A stretch of 64,000 bases of DNA, taken from assembly GCA_041640655.1 (NCBI GenBank), contig JBEPZV010000002.1:64001-128000 (forward strand). Reading direction: 5' to 3'. The position numbers and the translations under genes were made by a program. The number at the start of each line of letters is the position of its first letter. Position 1 is the stretch's first letter. The notes below the pieces were generated by a model. That model did no database searches and was not told the origin of the DNA. It saw nothing but the letters and a program-made list of their open reading frames with translations. Source of the stretch: a bacterium (lineage in GTDB: Bacteria > Acidobacteriota > Blastocatellia > HR10). Below, piece by piece: positions 31,494-41,909 of the stretch.

Positions 31494-33365
31494 TCACGGA
31501 CACGACCCGGAGAGGGAAAGCGTGAGAAGAAACGAACGCTCGCCCATCGGCGCTCCCGCCTCGATCTCCACATGAATGGGGACGGCGGGATTCAGCTCCT
31601 CCAGGGGGATCGCGCGCACCGTGGCCCTCACTCCCTCCCCCGAGAAGCGGATCGCCTGAGCGCCGATCAATCCCACACCGAAGATGATCGCCTCGCCAGA
31701 TGAGGCGGGAGCGACTTCATCGCCCAGGATGAAGCCATCAGCCATGCTCCGCGCTGCAAGAGATCGAAACGCCCAAAGGAGACGCCCGAAGCGAACGCGC
31801 TCTAGCGACGTGATCACCCGCTGTGACCGCAAGGCCCATGGGGGGGCGAGAGCGAAAGCCGAGAGGATGCGCTCCTCCGTGCTGAGGCCGACAATGCGCG
31901 GCGTGGAGACGACGAAGACGACGGTCCCACTGGCAACCTCCCCGTGCGGAGTCCTCAGGGAGAAGGCGCGCGGGCCGATCTCCGCGCGCGGATCAACGCT
32001 GAGCCAGACGCGCACGGGATCGTTCAGAAGCGGCGCACTGGAAGTCTCCCGCCGAACGACCCCACGAATCCCCCCCGGCTCAGCGAAAGCGATCGCCGTC
32101 GCCTCTCGAAGACCCACGCCATGGACTTCCACATCACCACAGGCGCCTGCAAGGGCTTCATTGAACCCGCGCCGATCCGCGATGCCATCGATGCGCGGCT
32201 CGACGACCGCGAAGGTGACGCCCGTAGCGCGGCTATCCACCTGACCTGGCGGGCGCGGCACCGTCACCAAGATCGCGCGCTCGCTCAAAGGAGCGTCCGG
32301 AGCGATCGTCACATGGACGGTGAGCACCGGATTCAGCTCTCGCTGCTGCTCGGGGAATCCCGGCATCAGCCGGGCTTCGACTCCCGAACCCGAGAACGTC
32401 ACCGCCGTCGCCCCTCCGAGCCCGACCCCGAAGATGAGGACATCCCCGAAGGAATCCCGGGCACCCTCTCCGCTCAAGCGAAACCCTTCGCCAGGGCGGA
32501 AGTTATGCCCCTCCCACACGCCATCAATGCGCGGCGCGACGACCCGAAACCGCACCCGCTCGCTCCTCACTCGCGCTTGCGCCGTCTCCAGGACGAAGGC
32601 ACGTTCCCCCAAGGGGGCATCCGCAGCGATCTCCAAGCCCACCTCCACAATGGGATTCACGAAGAATCCGACTTCCGAAGGGACGACGGTCCCGCGGATG
32701 CCCACCCCCTCGAATTCAATCGCGCGCGCCTGATCGAGCCCGATGCCGAAGATCTCAATTTGTCCCCGCGATCCTGGCGCGCCCTCTTCATCCCACACGG
32801 CGAGGATCTTCGGCTCGGCGACGATGAACGCCACGCCTTCGCTGCGCACGGGACCCCGCGGGGTCATGATGGTGAAAGCGCGCGGCCCTGGCTCAGCCGT
32901 CGGCTCGATCATCACGCGCACAAGCACTGACGGATTCAACTCTCCCGGCGCCCCTGCGCTCACCACCTCACCCCGAACCCCACTGCCTTCGAATTCAATC
33001 CCCGTCGCCCCAGAGAGGCCGATCCCCGAAATGAGGATGAACCCACTGGCCCCCGGCCGCCCGTATCCATTGGGATCACCTCCGCCGGGCGACCATTGGG
33101 AGACGAGAGCACCCTGAGCCTCGGTCCTCGACCCTTTTCGGCCAATCCCCATGACGCTCATCGAGCCCAGCTCGAATAGCCGACTCCCATCCTGAATCGA
33201 GAGGATGCGCGGCTCGCCGATCCTCAGGACGACCTCTCCACTCTCCACCTTCTCAGGAGCACGCGCCCATGTCCCTCGCCATGGAAAGGAGAGCCCCAAC
33301 CCGAGCAGGGCGACAAAAACTCCGATGCTCCGCCTTCGGTCCATTCGCCATCGCCTCAGCCTCAT
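31494..33365 (-). CDS. Secreted protein with five tandem Ig/IPT-like repeats; last repeat frameshifted
   Basis: Signal peptide; repeated IxGxGLxGAxxIxFxGxGV...NP.V.V.I...A..GxR.F. Confidence 0.75.
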   Translation of the reverse strand: MRLRRWRMDRRRSIGVFVALLGLGLSFPWRGTWARAPEKVESGEVVLRIGEPRILSIQDGSRLFELGSMSVMGIGRKGSRTEAQGALVSQWSPGGGDPNGYGRPGASGFILISGIGLSGATGIEFEGSGVRGEVVSAGAPGELNPSVLVRVMIEPTAEPGPRAFTIMTPRGPVRSEGVAFIVAEPKILAVWDEEGAPGSRGQIEIFGIGLDQARAIEFEGVGIRGTVVPSEVGFFVNPIVEVGLEIAADAPLGERAFVLETAQARVRSERVRFRVVAPRIDGVWEGHNFRPGEGFRLSGEGARDSFGDVLIFGVGLGGATAVTFSGSGVEARLMPGFPEQQRELNPVLTVHVTIAPDAPLSERAILVTVPRPPGQVDSRATGVTFAVVEPRIDGIADRRGFNEALAGACGDVEVHGVGLREATAIAFAEPGGIRGVVRRETSSAPLLNDPVRVWLSVDPRAEIGPRAFSLRTPHGEVASGTVVFVVSTPRIVGLSTEERILSAFALAPPWALRSQRVITSLERVRFGRLLWAFRSLAARSMADGFILGDEVAPASSGEAIIFGVGLIGAQAIRFSGEGVRATVRAIPLEELNPAVPIHVEIEAGAPMGERSFLLTLSLSGSCP

Positions 33366-33416
33366 GAGCCTCTCTCCTCAGTCCTTCGCATCGCAGGTGA
33401 GCCTCACCGCGCTTTA

Positions 33417-33445
33417 ACTCTATCGGGCCGATCAAGCTCGGTCAA
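33417..33445 (-). promoter_or_regulatory. Putative sigma70 promoter of the Ig-repeat gene
   Basis: TTGACC-17 nt-TAGAGT. Confidence 0.5.
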
Positions 33446-33599
33446 TGCCGCCGTCAAGGTGAGACCGCCTCCGCGCGCCAGAGGAATTCCGCCGGGAACT
33501 CCTGACACAAGCTGAGAGGCGATTTCAGGATGCGACATTTGGCCGAAAAAGGCCAAGGGTTCAGAACACGGCGCACCGCCGCTAGGGGAGGGCCAAACG

Positions 33600-34367
33600 C
33601 TAGTAGGTCACATCCAGCCGATGCAAGAGCATCACCAGCTGTGTGCTCACGGGATGCTGTCCCGCCCGCTTCGCCGGCTCGAAGCGCACGCTGGAGAAGG
33701 ACGCCCTCACGTCCATCGCGTCCACCCCCGGCGACGGGGTCACGATGTCCACAAGTGAGGCCCGCCCATCCGGATGAACGAACGTCACCACAACGAGCTG
33801 ATCGCTCGCCGCCGCGCGAAACAGCTCCTCTAAATGTCCCGAGGATCGAAGGCGCGGGAAGGTGTAGATCCCATACGGATGGCTCATCTCTCCATTGAGC
33901 AAGCTATACTGCTGCGCATCGAGAGCGATGGGAGCCTGATAGTATGCCAGGGGGACCTCCGGAACAGGCCGAAGGACCGAGAGTAAGGCCCCAAGAAGCA
34001 CGACCGTGACCACGAGGCTGATCAGCGCCGAAGCGGCTTTCGGATACGTGAAGACCAAACGGCCCGCCGATTGAAGCCAATAGAGCCCAGAGCGCCTCTT
34101 CATGCGCTCACCCTCGAGGACACCGAGGAGCTGACTCCTCAAATCGTGAGGAACAGTCGGGCGCGGGAGCCGCCGCAACCCGCACGCCAATTCCCTCAAG
34201 TCCTCCAGATAACGCGCGCAGGCCGGACAGAGCGCCACGTGTGCCTTCAGGGACCGCTCCCGCTCCGGCGGAAGCTCGCCATCCAAGTAGGCCGAGAGGT
34301 CGCGTCGAACGATCGCACAATTCCTCATGTTCGTTCCATCGGGCAGCTCACACCGCCCATCACTCAC
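33600..34367 (-). CDS. Zinc-finger (zf-HC2) anti-sigma factor
   Basis: LSAYLDGEL...HVALCPAC, one TM helix; downstream of an ECF sigma. Confidence 0.88.
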   Translation of the reverse strand: MSDGRCELPDGTNMRNCAIVRRDLSAYLDGELPPERERSLKAHVALCPACARYLEDLRELACGLRRLPRPTVPHDLRSQLLGVLEGERMKRRSGLYWLQSAGRLVFTYPKAASALISLVVTVVLLGALLSVLRPVPEVPLAYYQAPIALDAQQYSLLNGEMSHPYGIYTFPRLRSSGHLEELFRAAASDQLVVVTFVHPDGRASLVDIVTPSPGVDAMDVRASFSSVRFEPAKRAGQHPVSTQLVMLLHRLDVTY

Positions 34368-34477
34368 TCCTCTTCCCGAACGGGACTCACCAGCTCCGGT
34401 TCGATCTCATGGTGCTGGCCTGGTTGTCAAACAGCTCGCCTCGACCCATCGGCGAACTCGGCTCGAACCGGAGCTGG

Positions 34478-35200
34478 TCAATCCGCTCGTCTCGGCTCGC
34501 TGGCCCCGAGAGTGAGCTGCCCACCGCGCCGCTCGCGGAGACGCTGCAGCTCACGCCGCAACCCCTCGCGCCCTCGGGCGATCCGCGACTTCACCGTGCC
34601 CACGGAGACCTGAAGCGTCGCCGCAATCTCTTCGTAACTGAGCCCCTCGACGTCGCGCAGCAGCAACGCCGTGCGAAAGACCGGCTTGACCCGCCCGAGC
34701 GCTTCCATAAGCAACCGTTCCTCCTCCCGTGCGATCGCCTGTTGCTCCGGATCGGCTCGCGGGTCCACCAGCCTCTCGCCCCCGGAGACCTCCGCGTTCT
34801 CCTTCAGAACCTCCATCGAGATCAGGCGGTCCCCATTGCGCCGCCACCACCGATGGCGATTGGCCGCCTGATTGATCGCGATGCGGTAAATCCACGTCTT
34901 CAATTCGCACTCGCCACGAAATCGCCCGATATGGCGGTAGACCTTCAGGAACGTCTCCTGCGTCGCATCCCGCGCCTCTTCCCGATCGCCCAGAAGCCGA
35001 TAGAGCAGCCCGTACACGTCCGCCTGAAACCACGCGATCAGCTGCTCGAACGCTTCCCACTCCCCGGCGCGCAGTCGCTCGAGGAATCGCCGCTCCGCCG
35101 CACTCAATGGCTCGCCTTCGGCGCAACCAATCGCGAGCGTGTACTCCTCAATCGCCCCCGCGCGCGCCATATGTTCAGCCCCCTTCTTCATAGACACCAA
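34478..35200 (-). CDS. ECF RNA polymerase sigma factor
   Basis: DATQETFL, TWIYRIAIN, EGLSYEEIA...GTVKSRIARGR. Confidence 0.94.
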   Translation of the reverse strand: MVSMKKGAEHMARAGAIEEYTLAIGCAEGEPLSAAERRFLERLRAGEWEAFEQLIAWFQADVYGLLYRLLGDREEARDATQETFLKVYRHIGRFRGECELKTWIYRIAINQAANRHRWWRRNGDRLISMEVLKENAEVSGGERLVDPRADPEQQAIAREEERLLMEALGRVKPVFRTALLLRDVEGLSYEEIAATLQVSVGTVKSRIARGREGLRRELQRLRERRGGQLTLGASEPRRAD

Positions 35201-35326
35201 AATGTGCTCCAGGTTCCCGACGAAAGGTCAATACCCTCGGTGGTGTGGCACAGGATCTTCAAGCGAGAGCCCCACACCTTCAGAATCAGGATCGCCAGGG
35301 GACCTCACGATCGCCAACCACAGGGA

Positions 35327-36148
35327 TCACAGCAGGTTGAACTCCACGTTGATCGTCGCGCGCACACTGGCCGGGCGCCCATCGGGACCTCGCGCCGGGA
35401 TGAACTTGATCTGCTTGGCCGCTTCGATGGCTTTCTCATCCAATCCGTATCCGAGTCCCCGAATGACGCGAATATTGCGGACGACGCCATCTGCGCCGAA
35501 TGTCGCGCTGAGCACCACGACCCCTTGAATGCGATTGCGCCGCGCTTCCTCCGTCCACTCGGGACGCGGCTTATAGGTAATGATCGGTCGGCCATATCCT
35601 CCGCGCCCGGCGATCCCCTCGCCTACGCTCTCCCCAGAAGCATCGCCTACGCCTCGTCCCTCTCCCGCTCCATTCCCCCCACCTGTGCCACCCGTTCCTG
35701 GAGGAGCCTCGACAGGCCCGAAACTGAAGGGAGCCGTGATCTGAAGGCGCGTATCAAGCGAGGGCAACTGGGCCTGCTCCGGCGGTGGAGGCGCTTTGAA
35801 CGGAACAGGGATGGGTACCGGAACCGGCTCAGACCGCAACGGGAGCTTCTGCGAGACGGGCTCCGGAGGCCGGGAATATTCGCGATTCCCCCCTCCTCCG
35901 GCGACCTCCATCTCCGGGAACTCGAACTGAATGGCCACAAGCTGCTCTGGCGGCTCCGGCTCCGGAAGCGGACGGCTCGGGAAGAGATTCTCCAAATGGA
36001 GCAGGAAGACCACCAAATGGACGAGGATGGCCACACCCGTAGCCCACAGCAGGCGGCGTCGCTCGCGCGCATCCTCGAGGACGAAACGATCCAAAACCCC
36101 GGCGACCGGCCCTGACGCCACGACTTGCTTCGATCCCTGCGACATCAC
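35327..36148 (-). CDS. tonB: Energy transducer TonB
   Basis: TM helix with His, Pro-rich linker, TonB-C domain (PEWTEEARRNRIQGVV...GLDEKAIEAA). Confidence 0.88.
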   Translation of the reverse strand: MMSQGSKQVVASGPVAGVLDRFVLEDARERRRLLWATGVAILVHLVVFLLHLENLFPSRPLPEPEPPEQLVAIQFEFPEMEVAGGGGNREYSRPPEPVSQKLPLRSEPVPVPIPVPFKAPPPPEQAQLPSLDTRLQITAPFSFGPVEAPPGTGGTGGGNGAGEGRGVGDASGESVGEGIAGRGGYGRPIITYKPRPEWTEEARRNRIQGVVVLSATFGADGVVRNIRVIRGLGYGLDEKAIEAAKQIKFIPARGPDGRPASVRATINVEFNLL

Positions 36149-36306
36149 TTCCTCCCCCCCACAGGGCTCACGCTCTCAAACACCGCACCCTCGATCGCCC
36201 CCCTTCCTTGACAGGGGCCGACCCAAGCTGCTACTACATTATAGCACCCGAAGCGAAGGGGACAAAATCAAGATGCCGGGAAGGGGCGATCGGGAGGGAC
36301 CTGCAC

Positions 36307-37083
36307 GTGGCGAAGGCAGCGATCAAGGTCAAGAAGAAGAAGGTCAAGATCACCGCCCGAGACCTCAAACACGACGCCTTTCGCGATCATTATGAACGAT
36401 TCGCCACGTGGGCCAAGCACCACCGGCGCCAGATCATCCGGACGGCCATCGGCCTTCTCGCCCTTCTGGTCCTGGTCACGGGAACAGCCCTTTTCACCAC
36501 ATCCCGACGAGAGAGCGCCGAAAAAGCTTTGGCCGAAGCCTATGAGATCTTCACGGCCGAAGTGACCTCGACCCCCTCATCCCCTGATCCGACTCGCCGA
36601 ACGTACTCGAGCGAAGAGCAGAAATATCGCGAGGCCCTGGAGGCGTTCACGCGTCTGGCTCAGAGATATCCGAACTATCGCGAAGTGGCTGAATACTACG
36701 CGGCACTGTGCAAACTCCATCTCAATCGGTCAGAGGGCACACGTGATCTGGAGCGGCTGGCCCAGGGGAAGGGAGAGACCGCGCGCCTCGCTCGACTGGC
36801 GCTGGCTGAGCATCTGCTGGCCAGCGGCGACCCGGCAGGCGCCGAGCGGCAGTATCGGCAACTCCTTGAGGATCCCGGCGAACTCCCTCAGGCTCCTCTG
36901 AAACTGGGCCTGGCGCGCGCCCTGGAATTCCAGGGCAAGAAGACCGAAGCCGTCGAACTCTATGTGAAGATCGCGATCGACTATCGCGCCCAGGATGCCG
37001 GTCGCACGGCGCGTGAACGCCTGGCGGCGCTCGATCCTTCTGCACTGGAACGCGTACCGGAAGAAGGAACGAGCCCTTCGTGA
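36307..37083 (+). CDS. YfgM-like tetratricopeptide membrane protein
   Basis: RDLKHDAF, TM helix, TPR helices; GGGAGGG RBS before GTG. Confidence 0.78.
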   Translation: MAKAAIKVKKKKVKITARDLKHDAFRDHYERFATWAKHHRRQIIRTAIGLLALLVLVTGTALFTTSRRESAEKALAEAYEIFTAEVTSTPSSPDPTRRTYSSEEQKYREALEAFTRLAQRYPNYREVAEYYAALCKLHLNRSEGTRDLERLAQGKGETARLARLALAEHLLASGDPAGAERQYRQLLEDPGELPQAPLKLGLARALEFQGKKTEAVELYVKIAIDYRAQDAGRTARERLAALDPSALERVPEEGTSPS

Positions 37084-37097
37084 GCGAAGACCGCGCG

Positions 37098-39554
37098 TCA
37101 CAGGCTCCCTCCGAGCAACGGACGCACGCGCCAGGCGCGCTCCCGCACCCGGATGAGACGCCCGTCCCCTAATCGCACCCACTGATCCAGGCGCGTCGGA
37201 TTGAATGCCCAGATCATGCGAAGCGGCTGCCCGAGAAGGGGCAGACGAAAGCGCCATTCAATACCCGTGGACGTTCGCACCAGCGCATTGGTCGCCCGAA
37301 GCACCGAGACCCCCTTGATCGGATGAACCACTGAGATGATCCCCGCATCGAAGAAGGGCACCATGGTGAAGCGCGTGGCGAGCGGCACGCGATACTCCGC
37401 TTGCCACGCGGCCACACTGTCCCCGCCGATCGCCGCAATTCCCGAGAGCGTCCCCGCCTGACCCGGTGCCTCGGCTGGCGTCACCGCCACGCGATACCGC
37501 GCGAGCGGGCCGAACTCCCCAACCGAGAATCCGCGGACGAGCTGGCCGTCCGAGAAAAACCGCTCGAATGACGGAACGATCCGCCCTCCGAATCCGGCAG
37601 CATGAGCGAGGACACTTCGGAAGGCGAACGTGTTCCGACCACCGGTGAGCGGATCCGGCGCGTATCTTCGATACTCCAGCGAGGATTTCACCATCGCCAC
37701 ATCGCCCCCGCTTACGCTCACCGACGCGAGCCAGATCGCTCCATGCCGCGGATCGGCAGCCGCATTAGTCGTATCCCGATTCCAGAAGACCGCGAGCGTC
37801 CGGCGCGCGAATCGGGAAGGGGGATCTCCCGGCAAAAGCCACGTCGCACGGACGCGCTCGATCTGAACGCCGAGCCCCGCCGAAGAGAACTCTGTGATCG
37901 GATAGCTGCCGCTCAGACGAATCCCCCCCTGGCGATACCAGATGCGATCAAGCGCCGTATCGAGAGTCCCAAGACTCAGCGCGTCAAATCGAGAGAATTG
38001 GGAGAAGAGCGAGAGCCCGAGCGTCACCGGCGTGTTCGCCACGCGTCGCACCAGCAGATCGAACAGCACACTGTGCATTCGAGGCCCCGCCATCGCCTCC
38101 AGCCCGAGCATCTCCCCGAGCCCCAGGACACTCACCGCTCGATACATCACGCCGAGATACCCCCCGCCGACTCCGCCCGAGCCCCCGATCATCCAGATCC
38201 CCTGCCGATCCACCTCGCGGACACGAATCGTCACGCTCACCTCTTGCCGCCCGCGGTCCACACCAAGCTCCACATCCTTCCGATCCACGGGATGCACGAG
38301 GCCCGACCGCGCGAGACGCACGAGGCTGCGATCCAGGAGGTTCTCGTCGTACAACTCCCCCTCGCGGAGCAAGATTTCGCGCCGGAGGAGCCGATCGGGG
38401 ATTCGCCGATTCCCCTCGAACTCGATGCGCGCGACGCGCAGCGGCGGCGAGAGTTCGACTCGAAACAGCAGGGACACGCGCGCGGTCGCTTCATCGAAAT
38501 CCTGAAGCGCGTCCGCCCGCATCGGAATCCGTCCGGCCGCTGCATAAACGGCGCGAATTCGCTCCAGGACGACGTGCACTTTCCGCGCATTGTACACCTC
38601 CCCCGGCTCAAGCGACTGAAGCGCGGCGCGCACGGCCGGTGGGATCGAGGACTCTCCCGTCTCCACCCGCACCTCCCCTACGCGATATTGAGGCCCCTCG
38701 CGGATTGGGATCTCCACGCGCAGGTGGACACGGCGACCGCGCTCCTCAACGGGCACGAGCATGGGCTCGCCCACTTCCACCCGCGCATACCCGCGCTCTT
38801 GATAGAACGCCACCAGACGCTGCCGATCCTCCTCAGCGCGAGCGCGCGTGTACACGCCACGTTGAGAGAACCGACGAAACAGGGACCTCGGCCGCAGCCA
38901 CCGCAACACGTTCTGCAGCTCCGCGCTCGCGACCGCCTGGTTCCCGCGAAAGACGACGTCTCGAATGATCCCGCGCGGCCCCCACACGATGCGGAACACG
39001 ACGTCCACGGAGGCCGATCCCGCATCCTCCTGCTCCTCGCTCTCGACGCGCGCCCACGGGAATCCTCGCTCATCGGCCCACCGTGCGATCACATGCCGCG
39101 CGCGCCACACCTCTTGCGAATCGCAGGGTCGTCCCGGGTGAAGCTCGATCTTCGCCTCGCGCAGACGTCGCGCGAGATCGGCCTCTTGCGTCGCCGTCAC
39201 CCCCTCGTAACGAACGCGGCGCACAATGGGCCGCTCCTCCACGCGAACGATGAGCCGCACCCCATCGGCCACAGCCGCGCGCTCGATGCGCACCGCGCGG
39301 AACGCGCCGAGCGCATAGAGTGCCCGCACATCCTGCTCGATGCGCCGCGGATCAAAGGGCTCCCCCACCTTCGTCCGAAGGTGAAACCGAATCGCACTGT
39401 CGGGAACGCGCCGATTCCCCTGAATGACGAGCGAGCGAACAATTGGCGCCCCCTCCACATCGAGCGCTTCCGCCGCCCGGACGCTCACCATGAGCCAGGC
39501 GAAGGCCAGGAGGAAGCGACCCAGCACTTCCCCTTCGCGCTTTTTCCGGATCAT
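37098..39554 (-). CDS. Omp85/BamA-family outer membrane protein
   Basis: POTRA repeats (IxGNxR), VRGF motif, beta-barrel C-terminus. Confidence 0.88.
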   Translation of the reverse strand: MIRKKREGEVLGRFLLAFAWLMVSVRAAEALDVEGAPIVRSLVIQGNRRVPDSAIRFHLRTKVGEPFDPRRIEQDVRALYALGAFRAVRIERAAVADGVRLIVRVEERPIVRRVRYEGVTATQEADLARRLREAKIELHPGRPCDSQEVWRARHVIARWADERGFPWARVESEEQEDAGSASVDVVFRIVWGPRGIIRDVVFRGNQAVASAELQNVLRWLRPRSLFRRFSQRGVYTRARAEEDRQRLVAFYQERGYARVEVGEPMLVPVEERGRRVHLRVEIPIREGPQYRVGEVRVETGESSIPPAVRAALQSLEPGEVYNARKVHVVLERIRAVYAAAGRIPMRADALQDFDEATARVSLLFRVELSPPLRVARIEFEGNRRIPDRLLRREILLREGELYDENLLDRSLVRLARSGLVHPVDRKDVELGVDRGRQEVSVTIRVREVDRQGIWMIGGSGGVGGGYLGVMYRAVSVLGLGEMLGLEAMAGPRMHSVLFDLLVRRVANTPVTLGLSLFSQFSRFDALSLGTLDTALDRIWYRQGGIRLSGSYPITEFSSAGLGVQIERVRATWLLPGDPPSRFARRTLAVFWNRDTTNAAADPRHGAIWLASVSVSGGDVAMVKSSLEYRRYAPDPLTGGRNTFAFRSVLAHAAGFGGRIVPSFERFFSDGQLVRGFSVGEFGPLARYRVAVTPAEAPGQAGTLSGIAAIGGDSVAAWQAEYRVPLATRFTMVPFFDAGIISVVHPIKGVSVLRATNALVRTSTGIEWRFRLPLLGQPLRMIWAFNPTRLDQWVRLGDGRLIRVRERAWRVRPLLGGSL

Positions 39555-40693
39555 GGGCCGATCTCCTTCACGACCTGCCGCGCGCTGGCGCGATCCGAGC
39601 GCGGCGCACCGAGCAGCTCGAAAAAGAGCGCCTCGTAGTGATCCACAATCCGCTCCCAATCGTACCGCTCGCGCACGCGCGCCATGGCGCGCTCGCGCAA
39701 ACGGATCACGCGCTGCGGATCGGCGATGACCTCCTGCAACCGCTGCCGAAGCTCCTCCGCCGTGCGATAGTAGATACCGACATCCCCGGCGACTTCCCGA
39801 TTCTCCGGCGTGTCCAGGACGAGGACGCAATTGCCGAACCCCATCGCCTCGACGAGCGCCGGATGCGTCCCCCCGACCTCCGTCGCATGCACGTAGCAAT
39901 AGGCGTTCTGCTGGAGCCGCCGATAGTCCTCGCCATAGACGAACCCGGCGAAGAGGATGCGCGGATCCCGCGTGCGCTTCAAGCGCTGCACGTAAGCCCG
40001 CGCGTAGGGCGCGTCGCCGACGATGAGCAGCTTCATCTCCGTCTCCACCCGCTCGAACGCCTCGATCACCAAATGGGCATTGTTCTCGGGCTCCAGCCGA
40101 CTCACGTAGAGGATGTACCGCTCGGGTTCCACCCCAAAGGGGCGCACCCCATCAGGATCCGGGCGCCGCTCGACTTCCGCGCCATAGGCGATCATGCGCG
40201 TCTCCACGCCGTAGCGCTGCCGGTAGTAGGCGCGGATCACCTCCGCATCGGTGATCACAACATGCGCGAGCTTCGGCGCGAGTCGCGCCGAGATCCGGTA
40301 ATACAGGCGCCCGAGCCAATTCCACTTCTTCCGCTTCCACTCGAGCCCATCCACATTGATCGCCACCTTCTTCCCCACCAGACGCAGCAGCCCCGCGGCC
40401 AGCGCATTGGCGGCATTACAGACGAGGACGACCTCGTAGGGGCGCCACCAAGCATGGAACGCACAGAGGAACGTGTGCACGACCGTGTCGAGATACTTGT
40501 GCCGGATCGTCGGGAGGACGACCAACCGAACGCCGCGATACTCGCGTTCAGAGATCGTGACGTAGTGACGTCGCCCGTAGACGGTCACCTCATGGCCGCG
40601 CGCCACCAGCCGCGTCGCCAACTGCTCGGCGAAGGTCTCGAAGCCTCCGTAGTTAGCCGGGATACCGCGAATCCCCAGAATGGCGATCCGCAT
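39551..40693 (-). CDS. Glycosyltransferase family 4 (DUF1972)
   Basis: GIRGIPANYGGFETF, DGLEWKRKKW, RLEPENN, GGTHPALVEAM. Confidence 0.92.
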   Translation of the reverse strand: MRIAILGIRGIPANYGGFETFAEQLATRLVARGHEVTVYGRRHYVTISEREYRGVRLVVLPTIRHKYLDTVVHTFLCAFHAWWRPYEVVLVCNAANALAAGLLRLVGKKVAINVDGLEWKRKKWNWLGRLYYRISARLAPKLAHVVITDAEVIRAYYRQRYGVETRMIAYGAEVERRPDPDGVRPFGVEPERYILYVSRLEPENNAHLVIEAFERVETEMKLLIVGDAPYARAYVQRLKRTRDPRILFAGFVYGEDYRRLQQNAYCYVHATEVGGTHPALVEAMGFGNCVLVLDTPENREVAGDVGIYYRTAEELRQRLQEVIADPQRVIRLRERAMARVRERYDWERIVDHYEALFFELLGAPRSDRASARQVVKEIGP

Positions 40694-40705
40694 CCGCCGC
40701 CCCCC

Positions 40706-41893
40706 TCATCGGGAAGCGCCCGCGGCCTGAGCCGAAGCCGCGCGCTCGGACTTCGCCCTGTGCCGGACCACATCCTCGTAAGCGCGCAACGTCAACTCGG
40801 CCGTACGCCTCCAAGAGAATTGCTGCGCCCGCCGAAGCCCCCGCTCGGACAGTTCGCGCCTCATGGCGTCGTTCCAGATGACTTGCTGAAGAGCCTCTTC
40901 GATCGCCCGCTCATCATAGGGATTCACCAGGAGGGCCGCCTCGCCTACCACCTCAGGGAGCGAGGAGCTATGGCTCGTGATGACCGGAACCCCGCAGGCC
41001 ATCGCCTCCAGCACGGGGAGACCGAAGCCCTCGAAGATGGAGGGGTAGACGAAGACCGTCGCCCCGCTGTAGAGCGCGGGGAGGTCCTCTTCAGGGACAT
41101 AGCCCGTGAAGATGATGTCCTCTGCGAAAGGCGCATGCTGCGCCGCGCGGAAGATGTCCTGATACAACCACCCCTTCTTCCCCACGATCACGAGCTGATG
41201 ATCCAGCTCATCGTCCCGACGACGCAAGTTGACATACGCGCGGATCAACCGGACGAGATTCTTCCGGGGCTGAAGGCTGCCAACGCTCAAGATGTACGCG
41301 CGCGTGATGCCATAGCGTCGGCGCACGGCGTGAATCCGCTCCCGATCTCGAACCGGCACGAAGAGCGCACTCACCCCCTCAGGCGTCACCACGACCCGCT
41401 CCGGCGGAACGCGATACGTCGCCCGAATATCCCGGGCCGAATATTCCGAGACCGTGAGGATACGCGCCGCTCGGCGCGCCGTATAGCCGACGGCGAGCTT
41501 GAGGAGCCATCGCTCGCGCGGCATATAAAACTGCGGGAGATGCTCGAACGAGAGATCGTGAATCGTCGTGACGATCGGCCGCGGACAAACGGGGGGAGCC
41601 GTATATTGCACGTGCAACAGGTCCACCTGCGTTCGCCAGACGGCCCACGGCAAGCTGAGCGGAATGCGCAGATACCGCGTGTGCGGGCGCACCACCCACA
41701 CGTGGAAATTTCGGAATCGGTCGCGCCACTGCTCGGCGACTTCTGGACGGGTGAAGAACAGGATGTACTCGTTCTCCTCGTCAATGGCGGCGAGCGCCTC
41801 GATGAGGTTCTTGATGTACGTCTCGTTCCCCGCCGTCTGACTTCCGATGGCGTGCGCATCAATGCCGATTCGCATTCGCCCCAGCGGTCTCAT
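40706..41893 (-). CDS. Glycosyltransferase family 4
   Basis: TIHDL, PRKN, EGFGLPVLEAM. Confidence 0.93.
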   Translation of the reverse strand: MRPLGRMRIGIDAHAIGSQTAGNETYIKNLIEALAAIDEENEYILFFTRPEVAEQWRDRFRNFHVWVVRPHTRYLRIPLSLPWAVWRTQVDLLHVQYTAPPVCPRPIVTTIHDLSFEHLPQFYMPRERWLLKLAVGYTARRAARILTVSEYSARDIRATYRVPPERVVVTPEGVSALFVPVRDRERIHAVRRRYGITRAYILSVGSLQPRKNLVRLIRAYVNLRRRDDELDHQLVIVGKKGWLYQDIFRAAQHAPFAEDIIFTGYVPEEDLPALYSGATVFVYPSIFEGFGLPVLEAMACGVPVITSHSSSLPEVVGEAALLVNPYDERAIEEALQQVIWNDAMRRELSERGLRRAQQFSWRRTAELTLRAYEDVVRHRAKSERAASAQAAGASR

Positions 41894-41909
41894 CGGTCAG
41901 ACCTCCGCC

